Below are positions 13,919 to 26,679 of a stretch of 64,000 nt of DNA, one piece after another. The stretch comes from Dictyostelium discoideum (lineage: Eukaryota), in NCBI GenBank assembly GCA_000004695.1, contig CM000151.3, forward strand, positions 32,001-96,000. Direction: 5' to 3'. The notes under the pieces are model-generated. The model saw only the letters and a program-made list of their open reading frames with translations, did not search any database and was not told where the DNA came from. The position numbers and the translations under genes are program-made. How positions within the stretch are numbered: the stretch's first letter is position 1; each line of letters starts with the position of its first letter.

Positions 13919-15409
13919 AAAAAAGATTTGTATTTTAATAAATTTTAAAAAAAAAAAAAAAAGAAATTACCATTTTTAGCAGCATTAATTGGTAATGATC
14001 AAACAAAACATATTAGAGGTAATAAAAGATTTGGATTAAAAAATACTCAAGAAAGAGCAATTTATATTGTAAATTTAGTAAAAAATCAAAATTGTTCAGA
14101 TTTAGTTTTAATAAAAGAAGTTTATTTTGTAACACCACAAGGTAAGTTATTATTTATTATTTATTATTTATTATTTATTATTTATTATTTATTATTTATT
14201 ATTAAAAATAAATATTAATAATTATTTATTTATTATTTATTATTTATTTAAAAAGATATTGAAAAAATTAAAAATTCAATAAAAAATTATTCATTAGAAT
14301 CAATCATTGATAAAGATTTTTTAATTGAAGAAAATAGTAAAAGTAAATTTAGAAAATCAATTATATCAAATTTAAATATATTTAATAATCAAAGAAAAGA
14401 GAGTGAAAAGAATTTAGAAGATGTTTTATTTTCAATTAGTGGACATACGAGTAGAATTTATAATTTCTCAAAATTAGTTTACCCACCTCAATATACAACT
14501 CATAGACATTGTTTTGAACCATCAAATGTTTCTTTTGAAAATAGTATTTTACATTTCACAACTACATTATCGTCACATTTATTTGGTCTATTGGTTGAAT
14601 TACCTGATAGAGCAATTACAAAAATCACTGAATTTGTAACTGATAGTAGTATTCAACTTTTAAAATTAGAATATGTACCAGACTATTTAGCATATTCTCA
14701 TCATCAATGTTTTTCAAATCAAGTATCATTCAATCAACGTTTATTTGATTATTGTAAACTTTTAAATTCACTTTCTTATTATTATAGTTTATCAAAAAAT
14801 AATACTTGTTTAATTAATCCAATAACTTTTGATTTTTATAATTTTTATATAATAACGTAATGTATTATTATTTTCAAATTAATTAGTAAAGAGTATAAGT
14901 GATAATTTTTATTAATTTATTTTTAATATATTCTTTATAGAACATGGAATTTTATATTATCAAATTCATTAAAATTTAGTATAAAAATTGAAGAATGGAT
15001 GGTTGATACATTTATTATACAATCATTATTTTTAAAGAATGAAATTAAAATTGAATTTCCATTACAGAATGATATGTTTCAACCATTATATATTGGTGAA
15101 TTCTTTTTAGTTACACTAAGATGGAGTTTAGATTTATCAGATGCAATGGCTTTACCAAAGTATGTTATTTCAAATGGTGGTAATGGGTCAATTCAACCTG
15201 GTCATTTCTTTGAAACCATTTATATTCATCCACTTTGGAGAATGGCAAATTTAAACCGTAAAAATAGTAGTAAATTATTATCATTACAAAATTCAAAACT
15301 TTCAATCACTGATAAATTAAAATGTTTATTTGATCAAGTTTCAAATTTAATTACACCTTTAATTATTAATCAATTTACTTTTATAAAGTCACAATTATGT
15401 TTTCAATAA
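13087..15409 (+). CDS. Asteroid (ASTE1)-like XPG/Rad2-family nuclease-domain protein; exons 13087-13177, 13306-13868, 13964-14141, 14256-14856, 14941-15409
   Basis: MGVQGFSTFIKKK...VGVIVDLLHESKKK/DILIGIDGSSFIFYV (XPG-N). CCVFVDGFNAYDKV..., SKFEADKDLAQWALDN...LLGIFSNDSDFFFFDTKCYYFPLDQL (XPG-I with the Asteroid-type SxDSDF signature). KLPFLAALIGNDQTKHI. Four introns (GTAAAT/GTTTGT/GTAAGT/GTAATG donors); all phases were verified and agree. Confidence 0.7.
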
Positions 15410-15596
15410 ATAATATTGTAAAAAAAGAATTAGAAATTAAAATAGGAAAAAAAAAATAAATAGGAAATAAATAAATAAATAAATAAATAAATATATGTAT
15501 ATAAAAAATAAAATAAAAAAATAAAAAAATAAAAAGATTATTAAAAAAATATAATAAAATTATTTATATGTATATATATATAATATTAGAGTTTTT

Positions 15597-16100
15597 TTAT
15601 TTTTTATTTTTTTCTTTGCTTATAGGTTTTTTAGTACCTTGAGATTTTGATGAAATTGGTTTTTTTTTTAAAGCTGAAGATAAATCATCAGATGTATCCA
15701 TTGAAATTGTATTGGTTGGGTTTAAAATAGTTACTTCTTCTTCACTATCACTATCATTATCTTTTTTAACTGGCGCTTTTAAAACTGCTTTAACTGTTGT
15801 TGATGGTTTTTTAGATTTTTGTATTTCTATTTCTTTTTCTTTTTCTATTTTTATTTCTTCTTCTTTTTTAATTTTATCAACTTTCATTGTATTATCATTA
15901 TCCCAAGATGATTTTGAATTATCACCATCAAAATAATTTTTATTATTATTATTTTTTATATTTTTATTATCATTTTCATTTTCATCTTCACTATCTTCAA
16001 AATCAACCTCACAAATTTCATCTTCGCTAAATTTATTTTCACTTTCAGTTTCTTTTATGTTGTTAGAGTTTTTACTATTATTATTATTATTATTATTATA

Positions 16101-16175
<75 letters not shown>

Positions 16176-17269
16176 TAAATTTTTTTCATTATTTTGATTT
16201 TTTGGTTTAATATTTTGAATAATATTAAAAGAATCTTTTTTAATTTCATTTATAATTTGATTTTCAATTGGTCTAGTATGTTCAATCATTTCTAAAGATT
16301 TAACTTTTGAAGCAGTATTTAAACCACTACCATTTCTTTTATTTTGTGAAGATGATCTTAATTTTAAATTTTCATGAATTGATTCTCTAATTTGAAGAGT
16401 GATTTCAGCGGCTTTGATTACAGCTATTTTTGAACATTTTAAAACTTGATCGATTGTAGTTGAAGTACCACCACCTTTTGAAACACCACAAATCTCTTTA
16501 TGAATATTGACAAAGAATGATAATTTACCATCCATAACTGATTCTTCTTTAGTATCAGGATCAACAATCATAATTTCATTTGGAAAGAACCCAAATGTAA
16601 TTGAGATTGGTGTATGATGAATTGATAATGGCACTGGTTCTCTCTCATCCAATGAATGAATGGTTGCATCATTACCAATCACAGTGACATCTGGTTTTCT
16701 AAAATGAATCAATGCTGTCATCACCGATATGGATGCACAATCTAATAAATTACCACAATCATCCAATACATGAATTGCTATCTTTATTGACCACACTTTG
16801 GATCCTGATATAATACATAATGCTTCTGTATCAATTGCTCTACTATCTTTTAATCCTTTTTCAATAATACGTCCTAATTCACTCTCCATTGGATTGGGTT
16901 GATTAACATTAACTGATACACTTGACATTGGTGATATATCTGTATTAAAAATATAAAATCCTTCATTTGGTCTTTCTGGTTTTGGTTCAACTATATCACA
17001 TGTAATTGCTGTAAAAACTCTACATATATTATTATTATTATTATTTTTAAAATTTTATATAAATAAATTAATAAAATAATTTTTATTTTTATTTTTATAA
17101 AAAATACGTACCTTGTTTTTCCTAATTGAACTTCAACTACACCATATGATTTACCAAACTCAATTTTAATTGCTCTCATATCATTAACTCCTCTACCATC
17201 TATTCTTTGAAGCTTTTCAATACTTGATAATACGAAATCTTTTTCATTCTTTGATATAACTTCTTTCAT
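15597..17269 (-). CDS. Exosome complex RNase-PH-like subunit RRP45 (EXOSC9); exons 17112-17269 and 15597-17019
   Basis: MKEVISKNEKDFVLSSIEKLQRIDGRGVNDMRAIKIEFGKSYGVVEVQLGKT/RVFTAITCDIVEPKPERPNEGFYIFNTDISPM...ALCIISGSKVWSIKIAIHVLDDCGNLLDCASISVMTALIHFRKPDVTV matches RRP45 across the RNase PH fold. GTACGT donor and ATATGTAG acceptor, phase 2. Long non-conserved C-terminal tail with poly-Asn and a KEKE-type lysine/glutamate-rich region. Confidence 0.8.
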
Positions 17270-17714
17270 TTTAAGATTATTTATTATTTGGTATAAAAAT
17301 AAAAAAAAAATAAAAAAAAAATATGAAAAAAAATAAAAAAAAATAGAAAAATAAAAAAATCGAAAAAAAAAAATTAAAAAAAAAGAATTAAAATTTTTTT
17401 TATTTTTTTTTTTTTTTAAACGTTTAAAAAAAAAAATAAAATATCCATGATTGTAAAAAATTAAAAAGATTTATAAAATATAGTTGTATGATTATAGAAT
17501 TATTTAAATTCCAAATAATATTGTTATTATTATTATTATTATTATTTTTTTTTCTACACTATGATAAATTAACTTTTCCATTTTTTTTTTTTTTTTTTTT
17601 TTTTTTTCAAATAATATTAAAACTAAAATTTAAAACTAATATTACAATTTTATTTATTTTTTAAAATTAAAAATAAACCCCCGAATAAAACTGTGATTGT
17701 GTGTATTTGTTTAG

Positions 17715-17745
<31 letters not shown>

Positions 17746-17950
17746 CTAAAAATCAACTTCACAATTATTGAAACTCTGTGAGTTTGATGATAAACCTGAA
17801 ATAGTTCCGCATTGACTTCTAATAATTTGAGTAATTGTCTGGGATGATTGAATACATCTATTTAAAAATTAAATTAAATTAGGTTTTTTTTTTTTATTTT
17901 TTTATTTTTTTTTTTCACAATTTTTTTTTTTTTTTATAAAATAATAAAAC

Positions 17951-18400
17951 TTACTTTACAGCAACTTCTTTTGAAATCCAATTCATATTTTTTGAGAAAA
18001 CACTTAAGGATATTAAAAATTCTGGTGTTAGAATTAATGATTTGTATCCAGCTGAATAGAAACTTGTTTCAGAATAAACTTTTTGCTTTTCTTGTTTTTC
18101 AAGTAAATAATCTAGTTCATCATCTGATAATTCACCTTTAAATTTTTTTGATGATGACGAATTATTTGAAGATTTTGATGAATAACTTTTTGCTGAAAAA
18201 GTTGGAGATAATAAAAATTCATTTGGTGAAACTTCAACCAATTCTTCTTTTCCATTAAATGATCCTGTAAAAAATGGAGAATTCATTATTTCATTTAAAA
18301 CAATCCATTCTTTTTCATCAACTAAACTATCATTAGATTCACTACTTATTGAATAAATTGATGGTGATTCTTTAACATTATAAAAATCATATTCTTCCAT
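17951..18400 (-). CDS. Hypothetical small Ser-rich protein (149 aa)
   Basis: ATG-initiated ORF MEEYDFYNVKESPSIYSISSESNDS...; no recognisable domain. The TAA stop overlaps a GTAAAG/GTAAGT-like sequence, so a spliced longer product cannot be excluded. Confidence 0.35.
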   Translation of the reverse strand: MEEYDFYNVKESPSIYSISSESNDSLVDEKEWIVLNEIMNSPFFTGSFNGKEELVEVSPNEFLLSPTFSAKSYSSKSSNNSSSSKKFKGELSDDELDYLLEKQEKQKVYSETSFYSAGYKSLILTPEFLISLSVFSKNMNWISKEVAVK

Positions 18401-18499
18401 TTATTTTTTTTTTTTTTATTTTTTAAAATAAATTTTTAATAATTGATTTTTAAAATTAAATAATAAATAAATTTTTAAAAAAAAAATAAATAATAAAAA

Positions 18500-18547
<48 letters not shown>

Positions 18548-18560
18548 TTTAAAAATAATG

Positions 18561-18600
<40 letters not shown>

Positions 18601-19144
18601 TGAAAATATAATATTTATTTTTATTTTTATTTTATTATTTTTTTTTTATTAATAATAATGTTAATAGCTAACGAATCGTTTTTAATTATTTGTCCAAATT
18701 GTAAATCGAATAAAAATAAAATTAAAATAAACATAATTTAATTTTCACCACTAAATAAAAAAATAAAATTAAATTTAAAATTAAATAAACATAATTAAAT
18801 TCCCACTTAAGATAAAAAACAAAAATATCACCACTAATTTTATTATTTATTATTTTTTTATTTTTTTTTATTTTTTTTATTTTTTTACAGACTTACTATA
18901 CAAAATCCATTCTAAAAGTTGATGTTTTTATGTTTATTTTAGTGAAAAAAAAATAAAAAAAATTAAAAAAATTAAAATAAAAATAAAAATAAAAAAAAAT
19001 TAAGATATTTAAAAAAATATCTTTGATCAAGCCAAAAACTGTTTTTTTTTTTTTTTTTTAATCCCACCTTGTTTTTTTTTTTAAAAACAAAAAAAATTAA
19101 AAAAAAATTAAAAAAAAATTAAAAATAAACAAAACCACAAATAA

Positions 19145-19276
19145 ATGACACTAAAGAAGTTTCCTAACATATTTAAAGATATAATAAATAATGAATTTGA
19201 ATGTGGAGGTGAAAATGTAATTTTAAATAATAATACAACTAATAATAATTCGAATAATAATAATAATAATAATTCA

Positions 19277-19336
<60 letters not shown>

Positions 19337-20527
19337 TCAAATAATGATAATAATAACAATAATAATAATAATAATAAAAAAAATGGAGAGTTATTTTTAA
19401 AGGTATTTAGAAATAAAATTTTAAGGTCAAAAATATTTTCAGAAGTTTCAAAAGAATTTAAATATGGTATATTTAAATATGAACAAATTAAATCAGTTGA
19501 TTGGATGTTAACAAATGATTATATTGAATTATTAAAATATAAAGTTCAACGTGGTGAACAATTAGTATTTTATTTTGATTGTTATTATAATTCAACAGAA
19601 TTTGAATTATTTAAAAAAATTAATAACGATAAACAATTTTATATTAATTTATTTAAAAACTATCATTTTAATTTTATTCAAAAATCAACATACAGTAATA
19701 ATCAAAATAATCAAAATAATAATCAAAATAATAATCAAAATAATAATCAAAATAATCAAAATAATAATTGTAAAACAACAAAAATAATAATAACAAAAGA
19801 AATTCAAAATTCATCAGAAGTATTAAAATTAAATATTAATTTTATAATTGAAACTGATTGTAAAGTTGCATTAAAAGTATTAATAAATCATTTTAATTAT
19901 GATGTTATGAAAAATGAAAATATTTTATATGATTCAATAAAGAGTTCATCATTTAAAATCATTAAATACCTTTTAAAGTATTATAAATTTAAAGTTGATA
20001 GAAATTTATTATATAGTCAAGTATTAAAAGACAAAACATTTAATTTAAATAAAAAAGTTCAATTCATTATTGATGTTTTAAAAATACCACCACCAATATC
20101 AACTTCACCAGAAATTTTAAATCAATTAAATAATTTCAAATTATTTGAAACTCATTTAAATGATTGTATGTATAATCAATCATTAGAAATTTTAATTGAA
20201 TCATGTAAAACTATTTCAATATTAGAACCAATTTTAAAATTTAATAATAATAATAATAATAAGAAAAAAAAAGAAAAAGAAAAAGATAAAGAAATTATTA
20301 AAACAAATCAATTTATTAAATTAATTGATATTATTAATTTTAAAGAAAATAATATTGAATATTTAAATGAAAAAGTTAAAGATTTTTCAAAAGATATTGA
20401 ATTTGTAAAACAACTTTATAGACAATTTATAACTTTTTCAAAACCAATTAATGTTAGAAAATATTTAAACATGTAAAAGTTTTTATAGATTAAAATATTG
20501 TATTATATTACCAAAAATTTATCAACC

Positions 20528-20559
<32 letters not shown>

Positions 20560-21815
20560 TGATAGAGAATGAAGATTTATTATGGTTATCAAATTATAAT
20601 ATATTTTCATTATCAAATTTATCAAATTTATCAAATACATCATCGTCATCATCATCATCCACAATAAATGAAAAATTAGATTTTGGTTTTAAAGAAATTA
20701 TTGAAAATAATGATAATGAAAAGAATTTAAATTTCTTAAATAAAATTATTAAATTAATTAAATTAAAAAAACAATTTGAAATTTCAAACTTTTTATTCAA
20801 TTTCTTAGCATCAATTGATAATTTAGAATATTTTAAATATTGTTTTAATGAATTAATTAATGATTTTAATTTATTTAATTTATCAAAATTAGATTCAAAT
20901 TCAACTATATTTAAAAGAATTCGAATTATATTTAATTTAAATATTTTTGATTTTATAAAATCAAATGAAATTTTAATATTTATAATTCAATCAATTATAA
21001 ATACATTTCAACAATATCAACAACAACAACAAAAACAAGAACATCAACAAGAACAACAAGAACAACAAGAAGAAGAAGATTATAAAGAATTTAAAGAAAT
21101 TAATAATTATTATTTAGACGATTTCATTGAAATTAGTTTAGAAAAAGGTTATACAAATTTATTAGAAACTTTTAAAAACTATTTCCCAATTGAATTTGAA
21201 ATACATTCAAATAAACCATCACAAAGTTTTTTTAAATTACCATTTAAAAGTTGTAAATTCATTTTGGGTTGTCATAAACAAAGTAATAGTTCAACATTTA
21301 AAAGTTATTTAAAAACTTTGATATTATCTGATAATGTTATTGATAAAATTTCAAAAAATGATTATATTGAATTTATTGTTAATACAAGTTCATCATATGA
21401 CTGTTTTTACGGGTCAATAATTTCATCACATAAATATCATTTATTAAATTGGGTATTTAAAAATAGATTAATCGATATCGAAAGTGGTAGATGTAAATCA
21501 ATTGAAAAATCAAAATTATTAGTCTACTATTTCTATTCAAATCAATGGGATAAATGTATTTCAGAATTTGATTTCTTAAATTGTAGATTACTTTTAAGAG
21601 AAATTGGAAAAATGGATTGTGTTGAATTATTAGATAAAATTTTAAAATATCATTATTCAACTCAATATGATAATTCTTTAAATAATAATAATAATGATCC
21701 GATCACTCTATTAAAAAAAAGAGATTCTTTAAATATTTGTTTTTTCACTGCAACTCATTTTGGTCATATGAAAATTTTAAAACATGTTTTAAAATATAAT
21801 TCAAATTTAATATAA
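19145..21815 (+). CDS. Ankyrin-repeat-like hypothetical protein encoded by two long ORF segments (19145-20476 and 20559-21815), presumed to be joined
   Basis: Segment 2 has no ATG for about 330 codons and its frame is open back to 20469, so it overlaps the end of segment 1 in a +1 frame. The C-terminal ankyrin-like motif is TATHFGHMKILKHVLKYN. Further ANK-like sequence NNTLHRAIEMNDIELV lies just downstream in yet another frame (21818-21955). No canonical GT...AG intron reconciles the frames. Confidence 0.4.
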
Positions 21816-21971
21816 AGATCCAATTTTATTTGGTGATAATATTAATATTTATCTTAGTGATAATAATAATTATAAAAATAATACTTTACATCGTGCCATT
21901 GAAATGAATGATATTGAATTAGTTTATGGTTATTTTAAAATTTCATTTTTTTTCTAATCAATGTTCAAACA

Positions 21972-22128
<157 letters not shown>

Positions 22129-22275
22129 ATAACAATATTATTAATAATAATATTATAAAAGAAGATAAGATATTAATAAAAATAAAAAAAAGAATATATT
22201 TTTAAAAAAAAAAAAAAAAAAAAAATTATTTCTTTATTAAATAATGATTTTATTTTTACAAGATGTTTAATTTTA

Positions 22276-23314
22276 TTAATTTAAATTTAATTTTAAATTT
22301 GTATAGTTTAATAAATTATTAATAATATCTTGCCAATCTAAATAATAATGAATTAATAAGAAATCAAAAGCTTTTTTAGTTGAATTTGATAATTCCTCTT
22401 GAAGTATACTAGTGAAATATTTAATATCAATATTATTTGAATGTAATAGTTGACATTGTTGTTGATACAATTGAATGATTTTATCTTGATTTAAATGAAT
22501 TTCAAAAAATGTGAATGAAATCGACTGAATATGTAAAAGATATTGTTCATTTGCTTTTTTAGTTGAATCTAATGAAGGTTGAATAAAATGACAAGTTTGT
22601 ACATCAATTTTAGTTTTCAATGCTTTCGATTGCAACGATCTCCATTCTTTAATTTCTTTTGATAATGTTTGTTTATTGGTTAACTTTAATTCTAAATCAC
22701 AAAGTTGATTCATAAATCCGTCATTTGGTCTAATCTCTAACCTTTTAGAATGTAAATAAAATAAACAATCTGATAATGAATGAATATCTCTCTTTAATAA
22801 ATATGATAATACAATTGAAGCTGATCTTGATTTACCCGCCATACAATGAATAAATACTCTTGCTCCTTTTTTCATTCTAACCCTTTCTATAAACCAATAC
22901 GCCTTTTCAATTTGTTCGCTAATATCAACTGTTTCATCATCTTCAAATTTTTCATTCGCTATTATATATTTCTCTGGTGAATGAACTGTTCCTGCACAAC
23001 TAAATATATGTGTAATTTTTAATTTTTCCATTTCTTTTTCATCTTTTGTATCTCTTTTTATTTATTATAATTATTTATTTATTATTATTAATATTAAAAA
23101 AAAAATACATTATTATTTTTAATATTAATATTATTGAAAAAAAAAAAATAATATTAATTAATAATAAATGAATAAATTTATAAATTAATGGATATACAAA
23201 AATTAATTAATTTTTTTTTATTTTTTATTACTTTAAAGATCTATACTTATCTATTATACTTACTTTGCTGCGCCAAGATAAAGAAAATTATCTAAAATCA
23301 TTGAAATTCCCATT
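22276..23314 (-). CDS. Dual-specificity protein phosphatase; exons 23265-23314 and 22276-23033
   Basis: Exon 1 MGISMILDNFLYLGAAK (start of the DUSP domain) with a GTAAGT donor. Exon 2 ...ITHIFSCAG...ARVFIHCMAGKSRSASIVLSYLL (HCxxGxxRS catalytic loop)...NDGFMNQLCDLE. About 160-aa non-catalytic C-terminal extension. The phases agree. Confidence 0.75.
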
Positions 23315-23982
23315 TTTTTAAAATATTTCCAAAATACCACTAATTTCTGAACGATACTAATAATAATAAAAAAAAAAAAACCACCCCACACCGAGCAAAT
23401 TACTTTGTGTTTTCAAAAAAAATATAAAAAAATATAAAAAAAATAAAAAAAAAATTAAATTTTTCTTTTTTATTTCTTTTTTCTCATCTTTTTCATGAAA
23501 ACCTCCAATTGATTTCAACAAATTCAGATCTATTTTTATATATGTGTAAAAAAAAAATTAAAAAAAAAAAACCCTTTATTATTTGAAATTTACAATGCTT
23601 AAAGGAAAATAAAATAGAATCTTTTAAATTGAAAATGTATTTATAAAGAATTGTAAAAAAAAAAATATATATATACATATTTAGAATATATTAAATAAAA
23701 AAAAATAATAAAAAAAAATAAAAAAAAATCTTTTTATGTGGATATTTCTTTTTTAAAAATTTAAAATTATTATTTAAAGAATTATCACATTGTAAAAAAC
23801 TTCAAACCCAAATTGGGAATTTTTTTTTTTTTTTTTTTATGGCAATGAGAATTAGAAATTAAGATATCAAATCTATTCATTAATAATTATATTTTTTTTT
23901 TAACAAATAAAATAATAAATAAATAATAAATAATAAATAATAAATAATAAATAATAAATAATAAAAAATAATTTTAAAAATA

Positions 23983-24019
<37 letters not shown>

Positions 24020-24090
24020 ATAAATAAAATTTTTATTATATTTTTAGAAAAAAAAAAAATAATAATAATAATAATAACAATAACAATAAC

Positions 24091-24129
<39 letters not shown>

Positions 24130-24248
24130 TATAATAATAATAATAATAATAAATAATAATAATAAATAATAATAATAAATAATAATAATAAATAATAATA
24201 ATAAATAATAATAATAAATAAAAAAAAAATAGATTTAATTTAAAAAGG

Positions 24249-24276
<28 letters not shown>

Positions 24277-24279
<3 letters not shown>

Positions 24280-25041
24280 AAATTAATAATTAAATTAATT
24301 TGTTTTATTACATTATTATTATTAAATAAATCAATTGTTGAATCAAAGTATTATGGAGTTCAACATTTAGAATCATATTATAATATTATAGAAATTGGCA
24401 CAAAAAATTCTATATTCAAATTGGATTATTCACATTATGGTGATATATTAGGTAATAATTTTAAAAGCTTTGAAAAGGTTGTTAGTGGTAATTTTGTTGA
24501 CGGTTATTTTCAAATTGATAAGGTATTCAGACAATTGGTACATCCAGGTAGACAGTTTGATTATTCAATCGATGATAAATTCTATACAATTAGAGAAAAC
24601 ACATCAATTATTGAACAATTAAACTTTGAATTAAATAACAAAGTTATGACAAACGTTGATCAAACCTATTCTGACGAAGTACCAAATTTTCATTCAAGTT
24701 GGCTTTTGAAAAAAGTTTCAGATGGTGAAGCTGTTTTCACAACAATCAATAATTTAATAACTGCATCTCAAGGTATTGTTGAAGCTGATTACATTTGGAT
24801 TAGTACTCCTGACCCAGTTGGTTGTCCTCCAATTAAAGATAAATGTGCTTTCCCTTTCATCCTTACTCCAACCTATACTCGTGATGATAATCGTTGTATT
24901 AAATTCACTGGTTGTGTTAGAATTTTAAAAAATCCTTTATGTATTTTTGATTTAACAAGTTGTCCAGCTTTTTATAAAAAAGTTTCTTTTGCTTCTTCTC
25001 CTGATGCTTGCATTAAAATTTATTGTGATCCAAATTTTTAA
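24277..25041 (+). CDS. Hypothetical secreted protein (254 aa) with a Cys-rich C-terminus
   Basis: Signal peptide MKLIIKLICFITLLLLNKSIVES; ten cysteines in the last 70 residues (CPPIKDKCAFPF...CIKFTGCVRILKNPLCIFDLTSCP...DACIKIYCDPNF). No homolog recognised. Confidence 0.5.
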
Positions 25042-25108
25042 AAAATTGAAAAAAAAAAAAAAAAAAAAAAAAACAAAAACAATTAGATTTTTAATAATAT
25101 AAATAATA

Positions 25109-25175
<67 letters not shown>

Positions 25176-25275
25176 ATTGATTTATATTGATTATACTAAA
25201 TAAAAAATTTTTATTATTATATTTTAACTTTTATTGAATTTTTTTTTTTATAACTATTAAAAATTAAAATTCAAA

Positions 25276-25321
<46 letters not shown>

Positions 25322-25582
25322 CAAAAAATGCAAATAATAATTGGAAGTGGTTTCGATCTGGTTGTGAATGGAATGGATTTTTTTTTATATGGCCTTCCAC
25401 TTTTTTTTTTTTTTTTAATTTTTATTTTTTTTTTTTTTTTTTTAATTTTTTTTGGTCGGTTGGGTTTTTTTTTTTTTTAATGAATTTTTTTTTTTTTTTT
25501 TTTTTTTTTTCATTTAAAAAAAAAAAATACTTATTCAAAATATAAAAACAGATACAATAAAAAAAAAATATATAAAGAAATA

Positions 25583-25963
25583 ATGACTTGGCAAGCATAT
25601 ATTGATACTAATCTTATTGGTTCAGGATTTATTTCAGCACAAATTCTTAGTTCAGCAGATGGATCCTCATGGGCAAATTCAAATGGATTTTCAGTTAGCG
25701 CCACTGAAGCCCAACATATCCTTTCTTGTTTTAAAGATTCAAATAAAGCTTCAGCAATGGGTATCACTATCAATAATGTTAAAAACTTTGTATTAAAAGC
25801 TGACGATAAATCCATATACGCAAAGAAAGATGCTGGTGGTGTAGTTTTAGTAAAAACAAATCAAACCATTTTAGTTGCAGTTTATAATAGTAATCTTCAA
25901 CCAGGTGCTGCTGCTAATGCTTGTGAAGCCCTTGGTGATTATTTAAGAGAACAAGGTTTCTAA
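25583..25963 (+). CDS. Profilin (126 aa, single exon)
   Basis: MTWQAYIDTNLIGSGF...GSSWANS...GGVVLVKTNQTILVAVYNSNLQPGAAANACEALGDYLREQGF: the canonical profilin N- and C-terminal helices (W3, Y6, GDYL) and correct length. Most like a third/divergent Dictyostelium profilin isoform. Confidence 0.85.
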   Translation: MTWQAYIDTNLIGSGFISAQILSSADGSSWANSNGFSVSATEAQHILSCFKDSNKASAMGITINNVKNFVLKADDKSIYAKKDAGGVVLVKTNQTILVAVYNSNLQPGAAANACEALGDYLREQGF

Positions 25964-25964
25964 A

Positions 25965-26002
<38 letters not shown>

Positions 26003-26679
26003 GCAACAAAATATATATAAATCAAAAAGCACCCCCTATATGTGTAAATAAAAATACATACCATATGTATAATATCTCCTTCAAAAAAAATAAAAATAAA
26101 AAAAAAAATAAAAATAAAAATAAAAATTAAAAAAAAAAAAAAAAAAAATAATAATTGTAAGCACAAAAAAAAAAAAAAATTTATCTAATCAAATTTCATT
26201 TTTTTATCGTATTTAACGCGAGAATTTTTATATGTAAAAAAAAAAAACAATATTTTCCCACAATTAAAACCGGTTTCCACCTAAATAAAATTAAAAATAA
26301 ATATTTAAACATTTTTTCAAAATTGTGGCATTTTGTTAAAATAAAATAAAGTTTTTTTTTTTTTTTTTTTTTTTAAAATTTGTCAATATCTAAAATGATA
26401 GATTACAGTATAGAAAAAATAATTAAATAAATAATATTTAATATTTAAAATTTTAATAATATTTATTTTGGTTTTTTTTTTTAATTTATTAAAAACTTTA
26501 AAAAAGAAATCTCAAAGGAAATTAAAAAAAATCTAAAAAAGTATGGGTAAATTATTTCTTTTTTTTAGATATATATAAATATATATTTCAAGATTATAGA
26601 AAATTTCGAAAACACTTATTTTTTTTAATTTAAGATTATTTTATTTATACTTTTTTTAATATTTAATATTAATATTTTT

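Noticed and set aside
18400-19145. Possible gene in the 750-bp gap between two divergent/convergent genes
   Set aside because: Only homopolymer and (ATT)n sequence with scattered stops in all frames.
25531-25815. 94-aa minus-strand ORF overlapping profilin
   Set aside because: Antisense to a well-supported, full-length profilin CDS; no homology.
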